Positions 15,854-25,602 are shown, numbered from the stretch's first letter. The stretch is DNA of 32,000 bases from Prochlorococcus marinus subsp. pastoris str. CCMP1986 (GCF_000011465.1 NC_005072.1:660001-692000), one strand, 5' to 3'. The notes: a model not told the origin generated them from the letters alone. A program made the numbers and translations.

Positions 15854-16825
15854 ATGAGCATTGCAAAGAAAGCTCTCCTATTCACTTCTGCGCTAGCTCT
15901 TATAGCTGGTCCAAGTGTAACCGCTTCAACAAGATTGAGTGGAGCTGGTGCTTCATTTCCAGCAAAAATCTATACTAGATGGTTTTCTGATTTAGCAAAA
16001 TCAGGTGGACCAAGAGTTAATTACCAGGCAGTTGGTTCTGGTTCTGGAAGAAAAGCATTTATTGATCAAACTGTTAACTTCGGTGCATCAGATGATCCAA
16101 TGAAAGATAAGGATATTGCAAAGGTTACTAGAGGTCTAGTTCAAATTCCTATGGTTGGTGGAACTATTGCTTTCGGATACAACTATGATTGCGATTTAAA
16201 ACTTACTCAAGAACAAGCAGTACAGGTTGCAATGGGTATGGTTAAAAACTGGAAAGAATTAGGTTGTAAAGCCGGCAAACTAACTTGGGCACATCGCTCT
16301 GATGGTTCAGGAACTACTAAGGCTTTCACAAACTCTATGGAAGCATTTTCACCAACATGGACTCTAGGAACTGGTAAATCAGTTAAGTGGCCAGCAGGTG
16401 TTGGAGCAAAAGGAAATTCAGGTGTTGCCGGTGTAATTCAAAATACTCCAGGTGCAATTGGTTATGTTAACCAGTCCTATATTAAAGGTAATGTTAAGGC
16501 AGCAGCACTTCAGAATTTATCAGGTGAATTTTTAAAACCATCTGTTGAAGCTGGAGCTAAAGCTCTTAACGGCATTACTTTAGATGAAAATCTTGCGGGT
16601 AAGAATCCTAATCCAACAGCAAAAGGTGCATATCCAATTGCTTCTCTAACATGGATACTTGCTTATGAAAAAGGCAATGGTAGAAATACTAAAGCTATCA
16701 AGAAGTCATTAAGCACACTTCTAAGTGATGAATATCAAGATAAAGCTCCAACTTTAGGATTTGTTCCACTTAAAGGAGATATCCTTGAGAAATCAAGAGC
16801 TGCAGTTAAGAAAATTGGTAGATAA
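15854..16825 (+). CDS. pstS: periplasmic phosphate-binding protein PstS
   Basis: Signal peptide, then the GAGASFPAKIY motif, SDGSGTTKAF and GAIGYV, all typical of PstS. Monocistronic, with its own terminator. Confidence 0.93.
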   Translation: MSIAKKALLFTSALALIAGPSVTASTRLSGAGASFPAKIYTRWFSDLAKSGGPRVNYQAVGSGSGRKAFIDQTVNFGASDDPMKDKDIAKVTRGLVQIPMVGGTIAFGYNYDCDLKLTQEQAVQVAMGMVKNWKELGCKAGKLTWAHRSDGSGTTKAFTNSMEAFSPTWTLGTGKSVKWPAGVGAKGNSGVAGVIQNTPGAIGYVNQSYIKGNVKAAALQNLSGEFLKPSVEAGAKALNGITLDENLAGKNPNPTAKGAYPIASLTWILAYEKGNGRNTKAIKKSLSTLLSDEYQDKAPTLGFVPLKGDILEKSRAAVKKIGR

Positions 16826-16850
16826 TATTTAAAAAATATATTTACATAAA

Positions 16851-16874
16851 GGGAGAAATTAATTCTCCCTTTTT

Positions 16875-16876
<2 letters not shown>
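16851..16876. terminator. Rho-independent terminator shared by convergent pstS and chrA
   Basis: GGGAGAA (16851-16857) pairs with TTCTCCC (16863-16869), followed by T7. The T-run overlaps the chrA stop codon. Confidence 0.8.
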
Positions 16877-18101
<1,225 letters not shown>

Positions 18102-18131
18102 TTAAATACTCTAATTTCTAAAAATTAGTTT

Positions 18132-19391
18132 TTATGGTGATGATAAGCTTTGTTTGATTGATGGTAATTTAAGACTCGAAATCCAAGATAATAATATTAG
18201 AAGTGATGAAAAATAAAGACAATATTGAAGACCAATACTTGGATTTCTCCCAATCATAAATAGTAAGCCAGATAGTAATGTTCCAACTAGTCTTCCAGAA
18301 GCATTTGCCATGTAATAGAAGCCAACATTTAAACTGACTTTTTCATTATCAGAGTATGCCAAAATCATATAAGAATGTGTAGAAGAATTCATTGCAAAAA
18401 CAAACCCAAAAATAGTTAGTCCTAAAATTATTGCTATTGATGGAGAACTTTCTCTCCATAATGCGATTCCTATCAAAGATGGTATGACCATTAATACGGC
18501 ACTCCAAAATTGGATAGCTTTACGATCTGGACTTTCTTTCTGGCCCCACATTTTTCTAATTGCTGGAGCCGAAGCCTGAACAATTCCATAACCTATTACC
18601 CAGGCCCCAAGAAAGAATCCTATTTCCATGTAGTCCCAACCAAATGCCATATCAAGGAATACTGGAAGAGCTACAACAAACCAAACATCTCTTGCTCCAA
18701 AAAGAAAGAATCTTGCTGCTGAAAGAATATTTATGGCATCTGATTTTGAGAAAAGATCATTAAAAGCTGGTTTGGTTTTCATCTTGCCAATTTCTCCAGG
18801 TAAAATTAATGTCAATAAAAAGGCTAAGCAGAGTCCAAAACCCATAATCCCTACAGCATTATTGAATCCAAATAACTTATATAACAGTCCACCCAAGAAA
18901 AAACCAACTCCTTTAAGGGCATTTTTAGATCCAGTTAAAATAGCAACCCATTTAAAAAGTTGTTTTTGGCTAGTATCATTGCCATTATTTGTCTTTGGAA
19001 CAACTGTCTTAACAGCACTTTTAGCACTCATTTTATTTAAATCTTTTGCTATCCCACTGACTGCTTGAGCAATCATAACGTATGCGACACTAAATATTAC
19101 TGGCCAATCCTCCTTAACTGGAATAAGCATAAAAAGGGCAATGATTTGAAGGATAGTCCCAATCCATAAAGTAAGCCTTAAACCATATCTTGCTCCTATC
19201 CAGCCACCATATAGATTAGTAATTATTCCAAAAAACTCATAAAAAAGGAAAAGTAAAGCAATTTGCAGAGTTGTATAACCTAGTTCATGAAAGTGACCAA
19301 CAACTAATAATCTTAATGCGCCGTCAGTAAGCGTGAACGCCCAATAGTTTGCTGTTACAACACTATATTGTTGAATATTAGATAACTTCAT
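18132..19391 (-). CDS. arsJ: MFS permease, ArsJ-type organoarsenical (1-arseno-3-phosphoglycerate) efflux transporter
   Basis: A 12-TM-like MFS protein. The N-terminal NYWAFTLTDGALRLLVVGHFH matches my memory of the ArsJ family. It starts 11 nt downstream of a GAPDH gene, the diagnostic gapdh-arsJ pairing. Confidence 0.75.
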   Translation of the reverse strand: MKLSNIQQYSVVTANYWAFTLTDGALRLLVVGHFHELGYTTLQIALLFLFYEFFGIITNLYGGWIGARYGLRLTLWIGTILQIIALFMLIPVKEDWPVIFSVAYVMIAQAVSGIAKDLNKMSAKSAVKTVVPKTNNGNDTSQKQLFKWVAILTGSKNALKGVGFFLGGLLYKLFGFNNAVGIMGFGLCLAFLLTLILPGEIGKMKTKPAFNDLFSKSDAINILSAARFFLFGARDVWFVVALPVFLDMAFGWDYMEIGFFLGAWVIGYGIVQASAPAIRKMWGQKESPDRKAIQFWSAVLMVIPSLIGIALWRESSPSIAIILGLTIFGFVFAMNSSTHSYMILAYSDNEKVSLNVGFYYMANASGRLVGTLLSGLLFMIGRNPSIGLQYCLYFSSLLILLSWISSLKLPSIKQSLSSP

Positions 19392-19402
19392 AAAGACATA
19401 AA

Positions 19403-20425
19403 TTAAATCTCTTTTTTGATTACATATTCAGTAAGATCTGCAAGCCTGCAGCTGTAACCCCATTCGTTGTCGTACCAAGCGTATATCTTTAATAAATTTG
19501 AATTAACAACCATTGTTGATAAACTATCAACTATTGAACTTCTAGAGTCATTTACATAATCTGCAGAAACTAAAGGTCTTTCTTCGTAACCAAGAATTCC
19601 TTCTAAATATGTTTCAGATGCTTTTTTAAATTCATTATTTACTTGCTCTTCAGTTACAGCATTATTTAATTCAAAAACTGCATCTGTTAAAGAACCATTA
19701 AGTAGAGGAACTCTTACTGCATGGCCATTTAATTTTCCTTTTAATTCTGGGAAGATCTCAGCTATTGCTTTAGCAGATCCAGTAGTAGTAGGTATTAAAC
19801 TTTGCATACATCCTCTTGCTCTCCTCAAATCACTTTTATAAAAATCTACAGGAACTTGAGTGTTCGTGACATCGTGAATAGTTGTAATAGCGCCATGTTT
19901 AATTGAGAAATTTTCATTAATTACCTTTACTATCGGAGCTAAACAATTTGTAGTGCAGGATGCTGCAGTTACTAATTTATGTTTGGAAGGGTCATAAAGA
20001 TTTTGATTTATACCGTAAACAATATTAAGTGATTCAGCTTCTGCAACAATTCCTTTAACTGGACAAGCTACTATTACTCTTTTCATTCCAAGAGAATCAA
20101 AATAGGGATTTAGTTTGTCTGGCTTTTTATTCTTTCCTGTACATTCCAAAATAATATCTACAGAAGATTTTTCCCAAGGTACATCAAGGTAATTTTTAAA
20201 AGATGTGTAGGCTAATTTCTTTCCATCAATTATTATTTCTTCTTCTTTAACCTTTATATCTTTCACCCATCTACCATGGACTGAATCAAATTCGAGTAGA
20301 TGCGCAGCAGCATTCGAATCTCCTGCCATCTCATTTATATGAGTTATTTCTGTATCAGCTCTATCCCATAATGCTCTGAAAACTAATCTGCCAATTCTTC
20401 CAAAACCATTAATTCCAATTTTCAT
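19403..20425 (-). CDS. gap1: glyceraldehyde-3-phosphate dehydrogenase (ArsJ-associated type)
   Basis: N-terminal INGFGRIGR, the catalytic [10 protein letters not shown] motif and a [10 protein letters not shown]-terminal motif. Confidence 0.93.
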   Translation of the reverse strand: MKIGINGFGRIGRLVFRALWDRADTEITHINEMAGDSNAAAHLLEFDSVHGRWVKDIKVKEEEIIIDGKKLAYTSFKNYLDVPWEKSSVDIILECTGKNKKPDKLNPYFDSLGMKRVIVACPVKGIVAEAESLNIVYGINQNLYDPSKHKLVTAASCTTNCLAPIVKVINENFSIKHGAITTIHDVTNTQVPVDFYKSDLRRARGCMQSLIPTTTGSAKAIAEIFPELKGKLNGHAVRVPLLNGSLTDAVFELNNAVTEEQVNNEFKKASETYLEGILGYEERPLVSADYVNDSRSSIVDSLSTMVVNSNLLKIYAWYDNEWGYSCRLADLTEYVIKKEI

Positions 20426-20450
20426 AACTTTGAAATTTTCTATTTAAATT

Positions 20451-20474
20451 ATACATCAAAATATTTTGATGTAT
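20451..20474. promoter_or_regulatory. perfect 24-bp palindrome, a candidate ArsR operator overlapping the gap1 -10
   Basis: ATACATCAAAAT|ATTTTGATGTAT. A minus-strand TATAAT (20453-20448) overlaps its left edge about 22 nt upstream of the gap1 ATG. The arsR ATG lies 17 nt from its right edge. Confidence 0.5.
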
Positions 20475-20490
20475 CAAGACCTTGTTGTTA

Positions 20491-20862
20491 ATGAAATCTT
20501 TTTTTTTAAGCTATAATAATAATAATTTAATTACTTTAAAATTGTTAAAAGAGAGTAGCAAAGTAAAAAAAGAAAATATATCTAAGTTGATAGTTTCATT
20601 TTCTGATCCTTTTAGACTAGAAATAATTGACCTAATGATGGATGGAGAAGTTTGTGTTTGCGATATTATGAAATTAACTAATTTATCTCAATCAAGAATT
20701 TCATATCATATAAAAATTTTGAAGGAAGCTGGTGTTATCACAGACAGACAAGAAGGTAGATGGGTGTATTACAGCCTAAATAAAGAATCTCTCTTTTTGA
20801 TCAAGGAATGGATAACTTCTTTGACAGATTATTCCTCAACTAGAATACGTTGCTGCAATTAA
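20491..20862 (+). CDS. arsR: ArsR/SmtB-family metalloregulator
   Basis: The EVCVCDI motif (the ELCVCDL-type As(III) site) and an HTH (LSQSRISYHIKILKEAG). The track start at 20482 is TTG, and I prefer the ATG at 20491. The C-terminus ends in a CC pair. Confidence 0.85.
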   Translation: MKSFFLSYNNNNLITLKLLKESSKVKKENISKLIVSFSDPFRLEIIDLMMDGEVCVCDIMKLTNLSQSRISYHIKILKEAGVITDRQEGRWVYYSLNKESLFLIKEWITSLTDYSSTRIRCCN

Positions 20863-20880
20863 ATTATATTTTAAATTTTA

Positions 20881-21087
20881 TTAATTAACTTCTGATTCCC
20901 TGTCATAAGTCATTCCTGATTGTTCCATCCACTCAGCTTTAGTTTTGCAATTTTGTTTGTGATTAAAGATGTGAAAACCTTCAATAATAATCATTACGGA
21001 TAGAAGTAAAACAGGAATGAAATATACAGGTGAAGATATTACTTCTTTATATTTGATTTGAGCAATGAATTCCTTGTATTTAAACAT
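20881..21087 (-). CDS. hypothetical small membrane protein (about 68 aa)
   Basis: One TM helix (VYFIPVLLLSVMIIIEGF). The track start at 21093 is GTG, with an ATG two codons later at 21087. Confidence 0.4.
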   Translation of the reverse strand: MFKYKEFIAQIKYKEVISSPVYFIPVLLLSVMIIIEGFHIFNHKQNCKTKAEWMEQSGMTYDRESEVN

Positions 21088-21112
21088 CCCCACAATTTCT
21101 TTTATTAAATAA

Positions 21113-21180
21113 TATTCACCTATGGTTAAGTAAAGTTAAAGAAAAATTTTTTAAGAAATTAAATATAGAGATGTTTACTT
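21113..21180 (+). repeat. copy A of a duplicated promoter-like module
   Basis: TATTCACCTATGGTTAAGTAAAGTTAAAGAAAAATTTTTTAAGAAATTAAATATAGAGATGTTTACTT. A 24-nt core at 21122-21145 is identical to 25735-25758. A TATAGA -10-like hexamer sits at the same offset as TATAAA in copy B. Confidence 0.7.
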
Positions 21181-21243
21181 AAAAAATAAAACCTTACTAA
21201 TTGAAAGTCAAACTAAAATAAAAACAGTAATAAGTATTTTAAA

Positions 21244-21411
21244 ATGAGTAAATTTTCCTCTAAAGAAATAGAAAGTCAATACAACCTGATAAAAATGCTT
21301 TTATCTGATCCTGAAAAATATAAAGATGCGATAGATGCAGTTAAAAAAGATATTGATTATATGCCAGTAGAACTAAAGAAAAAACTTGAAGAAGAAAAAA
21401 TTACTTTATAA
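21244..21411 (+). CDS. possible 55-aa protein downstream of repeat copy A
   Basis: Hand translation gives MSKFSSKEIESQYNLIKMLLSDPEKYKDAIDAVKKDIDYMPVELKKKLEEEKITL. It runs from an ATG at 21244 to a TAA at 21409-21411. Its 3' end overlaps the convergent acr3 by 11 nt. Confidence 0.3.
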   Translation: MSKFSSKEIESQYNLIKMLLSDPEKYKDAIDAVKKDIDYMPVELKKKLEEEKITL

Positions 21412-22411
21412 ATAATTTTTTGGAAGACTTAGAAATATTTACTAAATAAAGCATCAAAGGAACTTCTACAAGTACTCCAACTATGGTAGCTAAAGCAGCT
21501 CCTGAATTAATCCCAAAAAGAGTTATCGATACAGCTACTGCAAGTTCAAAAAAGTTTGAAGCGGCTATCATAGAGCCTGGACACGAAATAGAATACTTTT
21601 GCCTAAAAAACTTCATTGAAAAAGCAGTTAAATAAAAAATAAAAAGAGTCTGTATTATTAATGGAATTGAAATTAAGATTATATGAATAGGATTTTGTAA
21701 TATAGATTTTGATTGAACAAAGAATAATAAAAAGACTGTAAGAATTAAAAAGAATAACGAATAACTTTTACTTTTATTCAAAATACTTTTTATTCTTTTT
21801 TCGCTATAGATTTTATTTTTTAAAAATAATGCTAGAAAAAGTGGTACCAAAATAAAGATTATTACAGAACTAAAAACAGTATCTAACGGGATATCTATAC
21901 TGTTAAATCCTAAAAGAATTTTTGACAATAATGGAAAGGCTAATATTAATATTAGATCATTAATAGCTACTTGTATTAAAGTAAATAAAGGATCTCCTTT
22001 AGCTAGATTACTCCAGACAAAAACCATTGCTGTACATGGCGCTATTCCTAATAGAATCATTCCAGAAACATATTCTTTAGCAAGTACAGGATCTATCAAA
22101 TTACCATATAAAAAATATAAAAAAGAGGCTGCGATGATTGCCATTGAAACTGGTTTTATTAACCAATTAATAAAAAGGACAATAGAAAATCCTTTAATCT
22201 TATATTTCAAATTTATGACTGACTTGAAATCTATTGATAACATCATTGGGAAAATCATTCCCCAAATAAGAATTGCTATTGGAAGATTTATTCTTGAGAG
22301 TTCTAATCCGCCTATAAATTGAGATAAATTAGGAAATAAATAACCGGATAAAGATCCAATACACATTGCCGAGAAAACCCAAATACTTAGATATCTATCA
22401 GAAAATTTCAT
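21401..22411 (-). CDS. acr3: ACR3-family arsenite efflux permease
   Basis: The ACR3 signature with the conserved Cys (GIAPCTAMVFVWS) and a SNFFELAVAV motif. About 10 TM segments in 336 aa. Confidence 0.9.
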   Translation of the reverse strand: MKFSDRYLSIWVFSAMCIGSLSGYLFPNLSQFIGGLELSRINLPIAILIWGMIFPMMLSIDFKSVINLKYKIKGFSIVLFINWLIKPVSMAIIAASFLYFLYGNLIDPVLAKEYVSGMILLGIAPCTAMVFVWSNLAKGDPLFTLIQVAINDLILILAFPLLSKILLGFNSIDIPLDTVFSSVIIFILVPLFLALFLKNKIYSEKRIKSILNKSKSYSLFFLILTVFLLFFVQSKSILQNPIHIILISIPLIIQTLFIFYLTAFSMKFFRQKYSISCPGSMIAASNFFELAVAVSITLFGINSGAALATIVGVLVEVPLMLYLVNISKSSKKLFIK

Positions 22412-22454
22412 TTAATTTTTTTAATCAACTATCCAAAATAGTACTTTATTTAAT

Positions 22455-22718
22455 CTAAATAATAGCCTTTCTTATTTTTGCAGTAATCCATTCACTAAAA
22501 ATTACCGCTACAACTATTGCTAATAAAATAACTGATACCTTAGCCCAAGCTAAGTCTCCTATTTGAGGATCTAATTCTATCCCTATACCTCCTGCTCCAA
22601 CTAAGCCAACAACAGTTGCTTCTCTAATATTTATATCCCACCTGTAAATAGAAATACTCGTAAATGCAGGGAGAATTTGGGGCACTATACCAAATTTACC
22701 ATGTTTGATAAAGATTAA
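22455..22718 (-). pseudogene. phnE: relic of a phosphonate ABC permease gene (phnE C-terminal about 80 codons only)
   Basis: The frame reads ...HGKFGIVPQILPAFTSISIYRWDINIREATVVGLVGAGGIGIEL...SEWITAKIRKAII. This matches my memory of the PhnE C-terminal EAA-loop and last TM. The frame is closed by a stop at 22719-22721, the only available start is GTG, and a full-length PhnE is several-fold longer. Confidence 0.6.
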
Positions 22719-22735
22719 TTAAAAAACAAAAGTAG

Positions 22736-22766
22736 TTTAAGGTCTGTTTATTAATCATTTAACTTT
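22736..22766 (+). promoter_or_regulatory. candidate Pho box upstream of ptrA
   Basis: The units are TTTAAGGT, TTTATTAA and TTTAACTT, separated by 3-nt spacers. The cores at 22737 (TTAA), 22748 (TTAT) and 22759 (TTAA) are in 11-nt register. The array lies about 100-130 nt upstream of the ATG at 22867. Confidence 0.5.
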
Positions 22767-22866
22767 TAGATTCTCAAATTTTAATCAAATATGCCTAGCT
22801 CATTAAATATTTTTTAATTTATTTTTAACTTTATAAATTTAACGTAAAAGTTGACTTTAAAAAAAT

Positions 22867-23403
22867 ATGATAATTCCTGAAAAACAAAATATTGATCTTG
22901 AAGAAAATACTATTTTGGAAGTTAAATCAGGAATATTAATTCTGGAAGCTAAAATTATAAAAAAGAAATTTATAGTTGGGATAATAAAAGAAGAGTGTGT
23001 AATAAATTTGGCATTTAGTAATTTTAAAAATATTAAATTAATTGCTTTAACAAATTGCGAAATTAATACTATTGAAAAAGGAGTATATTTTTCATCTAAA
23101 GATTTATTAATAAAAAGCTTAACAAGAATTGATCAATTGGAAAAACTTTTGACAATAAGAGAAATTAACAAATCAGAAGAAAAGCTCAAAGAATTTCTTT
23201 TATATTTATCTTCAATAATTGGCTTAAAAAAAGATAATCATATTTATCTAAATTTAAAAAAATATAATTTTACTCAGAAACTCATAGGCTATTCAATTTC
23301 TACAACAAGAGTAACTATTACAAGAGGTTTAAAAAATCTAGAAAAAAAAGGTTGGCTTAAATTAGAAAAAAAAGGGATTTTAATTCCTTTTAAAGATAAT
23401 TAA
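22867..23403 (+). CDS. ptrA: Crp/FNR-family transcriptional regulator (PtrA-type, short effector domain)
   Basis: C-terminal HTH FTQKLIGYSISTTRVTITRGLKNLEKKGWL. At 178 aa it has a degenerate N-terminal beta-roll. Its location in the Pho cluster matches ptrA of marine picocyanobacteria (from memory). Confidence 0.8.
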   Translation: MIIPEKQNIDLEENTILEVKSGILILEAKIIKKKFIVGIIKEECVINLAFSNFKNIKLIALTNCEINTIEKGVYFSSKDLLIKSLTRIDQLEKLLTIREINKSEEKLKEFLLYLSSIIGLKKDNHIYLNLKKYNFTQKLIGYSISTTRVTITRGLKNLEKKGWLKLEKKGILIPFKDN

Positions 23404-23453
23404 CCAAATCTTAATTAAACAGACTTATTTTTAAAACTAAATAAAATAGTTTT

Positions 23454-23759
23454 ATGTCTTGCTCAGTAACATCAGTTTTCACTTTTAAAATCGAAAGTAC
23501 TTTCGATGAATGGGCTGCAATATTTGATAGTGCAGAAGCAGATAAAAGGCATTCAGAATTTGATATTAAGCCACTTTTTAGAGGAGTAAGTAAGGAAGAT
23601 CCTCAAAAAGTTATTGTTATTCATCAAGCTCCAGAAGGTAATGTTCAAAAGTTTGTAGAAGCTAATGGTGACTGGATGGCAACTCATAGAGTTGACTTAT
23701 CAACAATGGAAGAATCATCTTGGACTTCTTCAGCAACAACGGAAAGTTGTTGTGATTAA
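23454..23759 (+). CDS. hypothetical 101-aa soluble protein ending in CC-D
   Basis: ORF track. It starts 50 nt downstream of ptrA on the same strand. The composition is non-repetitive, with a C-terminal S/T-rich tail ending ESCCD. Confidence 0.6.
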   Translation: MSCSVTSVFTFKIESTFDEWAAIFDSAEADKRHSEFDIKPLFRGVSKEDPQKVIVIHQAPEGNVQKFVEANGDWMATHRVDLSTMEESSWTSSATTESCCD

Positions 23760-23762
23760 CAA

Positions 23763-23912
23763 ATGAAAAGACTACTATTCCCACTACTAGCTCTCTCAAC
23801 TATTTTCCTTGCGAGTTGTACTAATAACTCAAACAAAATAGGTACTCAAAAGGTTTCTGAAACCCAAGAAGCAGAGAGAAGTTTGTCTCGATTGGTATGG
23901 CTACAGAATTGA
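23763..23912 (+). CDS. possible 49-aa lipoprotein
   Basis: Hand translation gives MKRLLFPLLALSTIFLASCTNNSNKIG..., with the lipobox L-A-S-C. It starts 4 nt after the previous stop. Downstream frames look like decayed continuations. Confidence 0.35.
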   Translation: MKRLLFPLLALSTIFLASCTNNSNKIGTQKVSETQEAERSLSRLVWLQN

Positions 23913-24045
23913 TACCAAGAAAGCAATTAATGATTTAAGATCTTAAAGTTGAAACCGAATCAGAATTAATGACTTATTGTGATTTCTTCAAGAATGTAGC
24001 TGATACAAAATAGTGCGTATTTAATATCTAAAATATATTTTGAAG

Positions 24046-24228
24046 TTATTTTATTTCTAACTTCTCCGCCTTCCTCAGTATTTGATTCTTCAAAAAAACA
24101 AGCGCGTCTAATTTTTCTTCTTTTTCTTCAATATTTACAAATTTCATTTCTGCAATTTCAATAATTGCTTTATTAACATTTTTAAGCTGTTTCTTAATAA
24201 TTCTTTTTGGGATTTTAATAGATTCCAT
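24046..24228 (-). CDS. hypothetical 60-aa K/E-rich protein
   Basis: ORF track only. The composition is helical and coiled-coil-like. Confidence 0.3.
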   Translation of the reverse strand: MESIKIPKRIIKKQLKNVNKAIIEIAEMKFVNIEEKEEKLDALVFLKNQILRKAEKLEIK

Positions 24229-24389
24229 TGGAATTAATATTTTCTTTATATTCCCTTTATTTTTATTAAAAGCAAGCCCCTTACTACAAAATTCTTTTAA
24301 TTATTTAATTTATAATTTTTTTATTTAATCTTGCGGTTCTTTATTAGGAAAATAATTTAATATTTTCCGTTTTTTATCAGTATTTAATC

Positions 24390-24665
24390 TTAAATAGAAA
24401 TTTTATCTAATGGCAAAATTTCTTGAGCTTTAATCGATTCTGAATGAATGTCATTCTCTAATGTTTTATATAGTCTTCTTGATTGAGGTGATTTGAGCGC
24501 ATTATTATAATTTTCAATAAATTCAGAGTCATTCAAAAAAGATTTTTGTTCACTTTTAAAATTTTCTTTATAAGAATAATTAATAGATTTGATCTTTATT
24601 TCTTGATTATCACTATATGAGGAAGATGAATTTTTAAAAATCATTTTTATATTTACTCTGTTCAA
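24390..24665 (-). CDS. hypothetical 91-aa N/S/K-rich protein
   Basis: ORF track. The start at 24665 is TTG, with an ATG alternative 7 codons in (MIFKNSS...). Confidence 0.35.
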   Translation of the reverse strand: MNRVNIKMIFKNSSSSYSDNQEIKIKSINYSYKENFKSEQKSFLNDSEFIENYNNALKSPQSRRLYKTLENDIHSESIKAQEILPLDKISI

Positions 24666-25012
24666 TATTTAAGACGTTAAAATAAATAACACATTATTAT
24701 ATTATTTTCCTTAGATTAAGAAGTAATTAAGCAAAAAATAAATTTGTTTAAAAATATTTTTTAAATTTCTAAATGAAATATTTTTTTATCGGTAATAGCT
24801 TATTTAATCAAAATTTAATTAAGTGTTAACAATAGAGACCTATAAAATAAAAATTAATAAATAACAACTTATCGAATTTATTGCTTTTTCACTTCTTGAA
24901 AATAAAAAATCTGAAGATAGATTGTACAGAAAAGAAATTCAGAGTTATCTTACCCAACTTAATAAAAGACACTTAAAAGCAATTACAAGTGAATTTATCC
25001 TCTAAAAAAACT

Positions 25013-25351
25013 ATGAAAAAGCTATTAATTCTTACTACCCTTATAATTTCTTCTTGTAGTACTAAGGATGAACTATCCATTACTGATGAAAATGCATTAT
25101 TTTCTGTAACTAAAGAAAGTGCAGTTCTTGTATGTGGAGGTAAATCAAGATTAATTGAAAGTAATAATGAAGAAATAATCAAAGTAGAAATCAAGGATTC
25201 TTCGAGTACTGAAAAAGAAAAATTTGTTCAATTTACTCTCGTTGAGACAGATAGAAAAGGGGGTAAATATAGAATTGTTAATTGTTATCCAAATAAAGAT
25301 CCTAAAAAATCGGTAATTAAAACAATAAAGACTAATTACAAGTTAAATTAG
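25013..25351 (+). CDS. putative lipoprotein (112 aa)
   Basis: MKKLLILTTLIISSCSTKDE gives a signal peptide with an I-S-S-C lipobox. The track start at 24989 is GTG, and I prefer the ATG at 25013. Confidence 0.55.
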   Translation: MKKLLILTTLIISSCSTKDELSITDENALFSVTKESAVLVCGGKSRLIESNNEEIIKVEIKDSSSTEKEKFVQFTLVETDRKGGKYRIVNCYPNKDPKKSVIKTIKTNYKLN

Positions 25352-25368
25352 TTTTAATTGATATAACG

Positions 25369-25602
25369 CTAACCACCAGTACAGAAACGAACCGCATCAG
25401 ATGTTGGCGAACCAGTCGCTTTCATTTCTTCAACACATTCATTAAAGAACTTTGATTCTTTTTTTAATGAGCAAAAGCTTAGTGCAATAGCTACTAAGGC
25501 AACAGCTGATACAACTGCAGATCCTAGTTGTATCACTCCATAAGCAAGCATAGCTTTATTCTTTTTAAAATCTTTTTTTGTATCTTTCTTTTTATCAGAC
25601 AT
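25369..25602 (-). CDS. tri-cysteine small membrane protein (paralogue of 5181-5417)
   Basis: It has the same architecture and conserved FCS...ECV...FCTGG as the 5181-5417 product. It is divergent from pstC. Confidence 0.7.
   Translation of the reverse strand: MSDKKKDTKKDFKKNKAMLAYGVIQLGSAVVSAVALVAIALSFCSLKKESKFFNECVEEMKATGSPTSDAVRFCTGG

Noticed and set aside
18510-19068. Three + strand ORFs (18510-18722, 18560-18763, 18733-19068)
   Set aside because: All lie antisense within the arsJ MFS gene.
22134-22322. 62-aa + strand ORF
   Set aside because: It lies antisense within acr3.
23881-24011. Possible frameshifted continuation of the 23763 lipoprotein ORF (frames reading VCLDWYGYRIDTKKAINDLRS and LKVETESELMTYCDFFKNVADTK)
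   Set aside because: Each piece is only about 20-25 codons. I cannot tell a decayed gene from chance open frames without a homologue to align.
24973-25194. 73-aa minus-strand ORF
   Set aside because: It lies antisense to the lipoprotein ORF, which has a proper signal peptide and lipobox.
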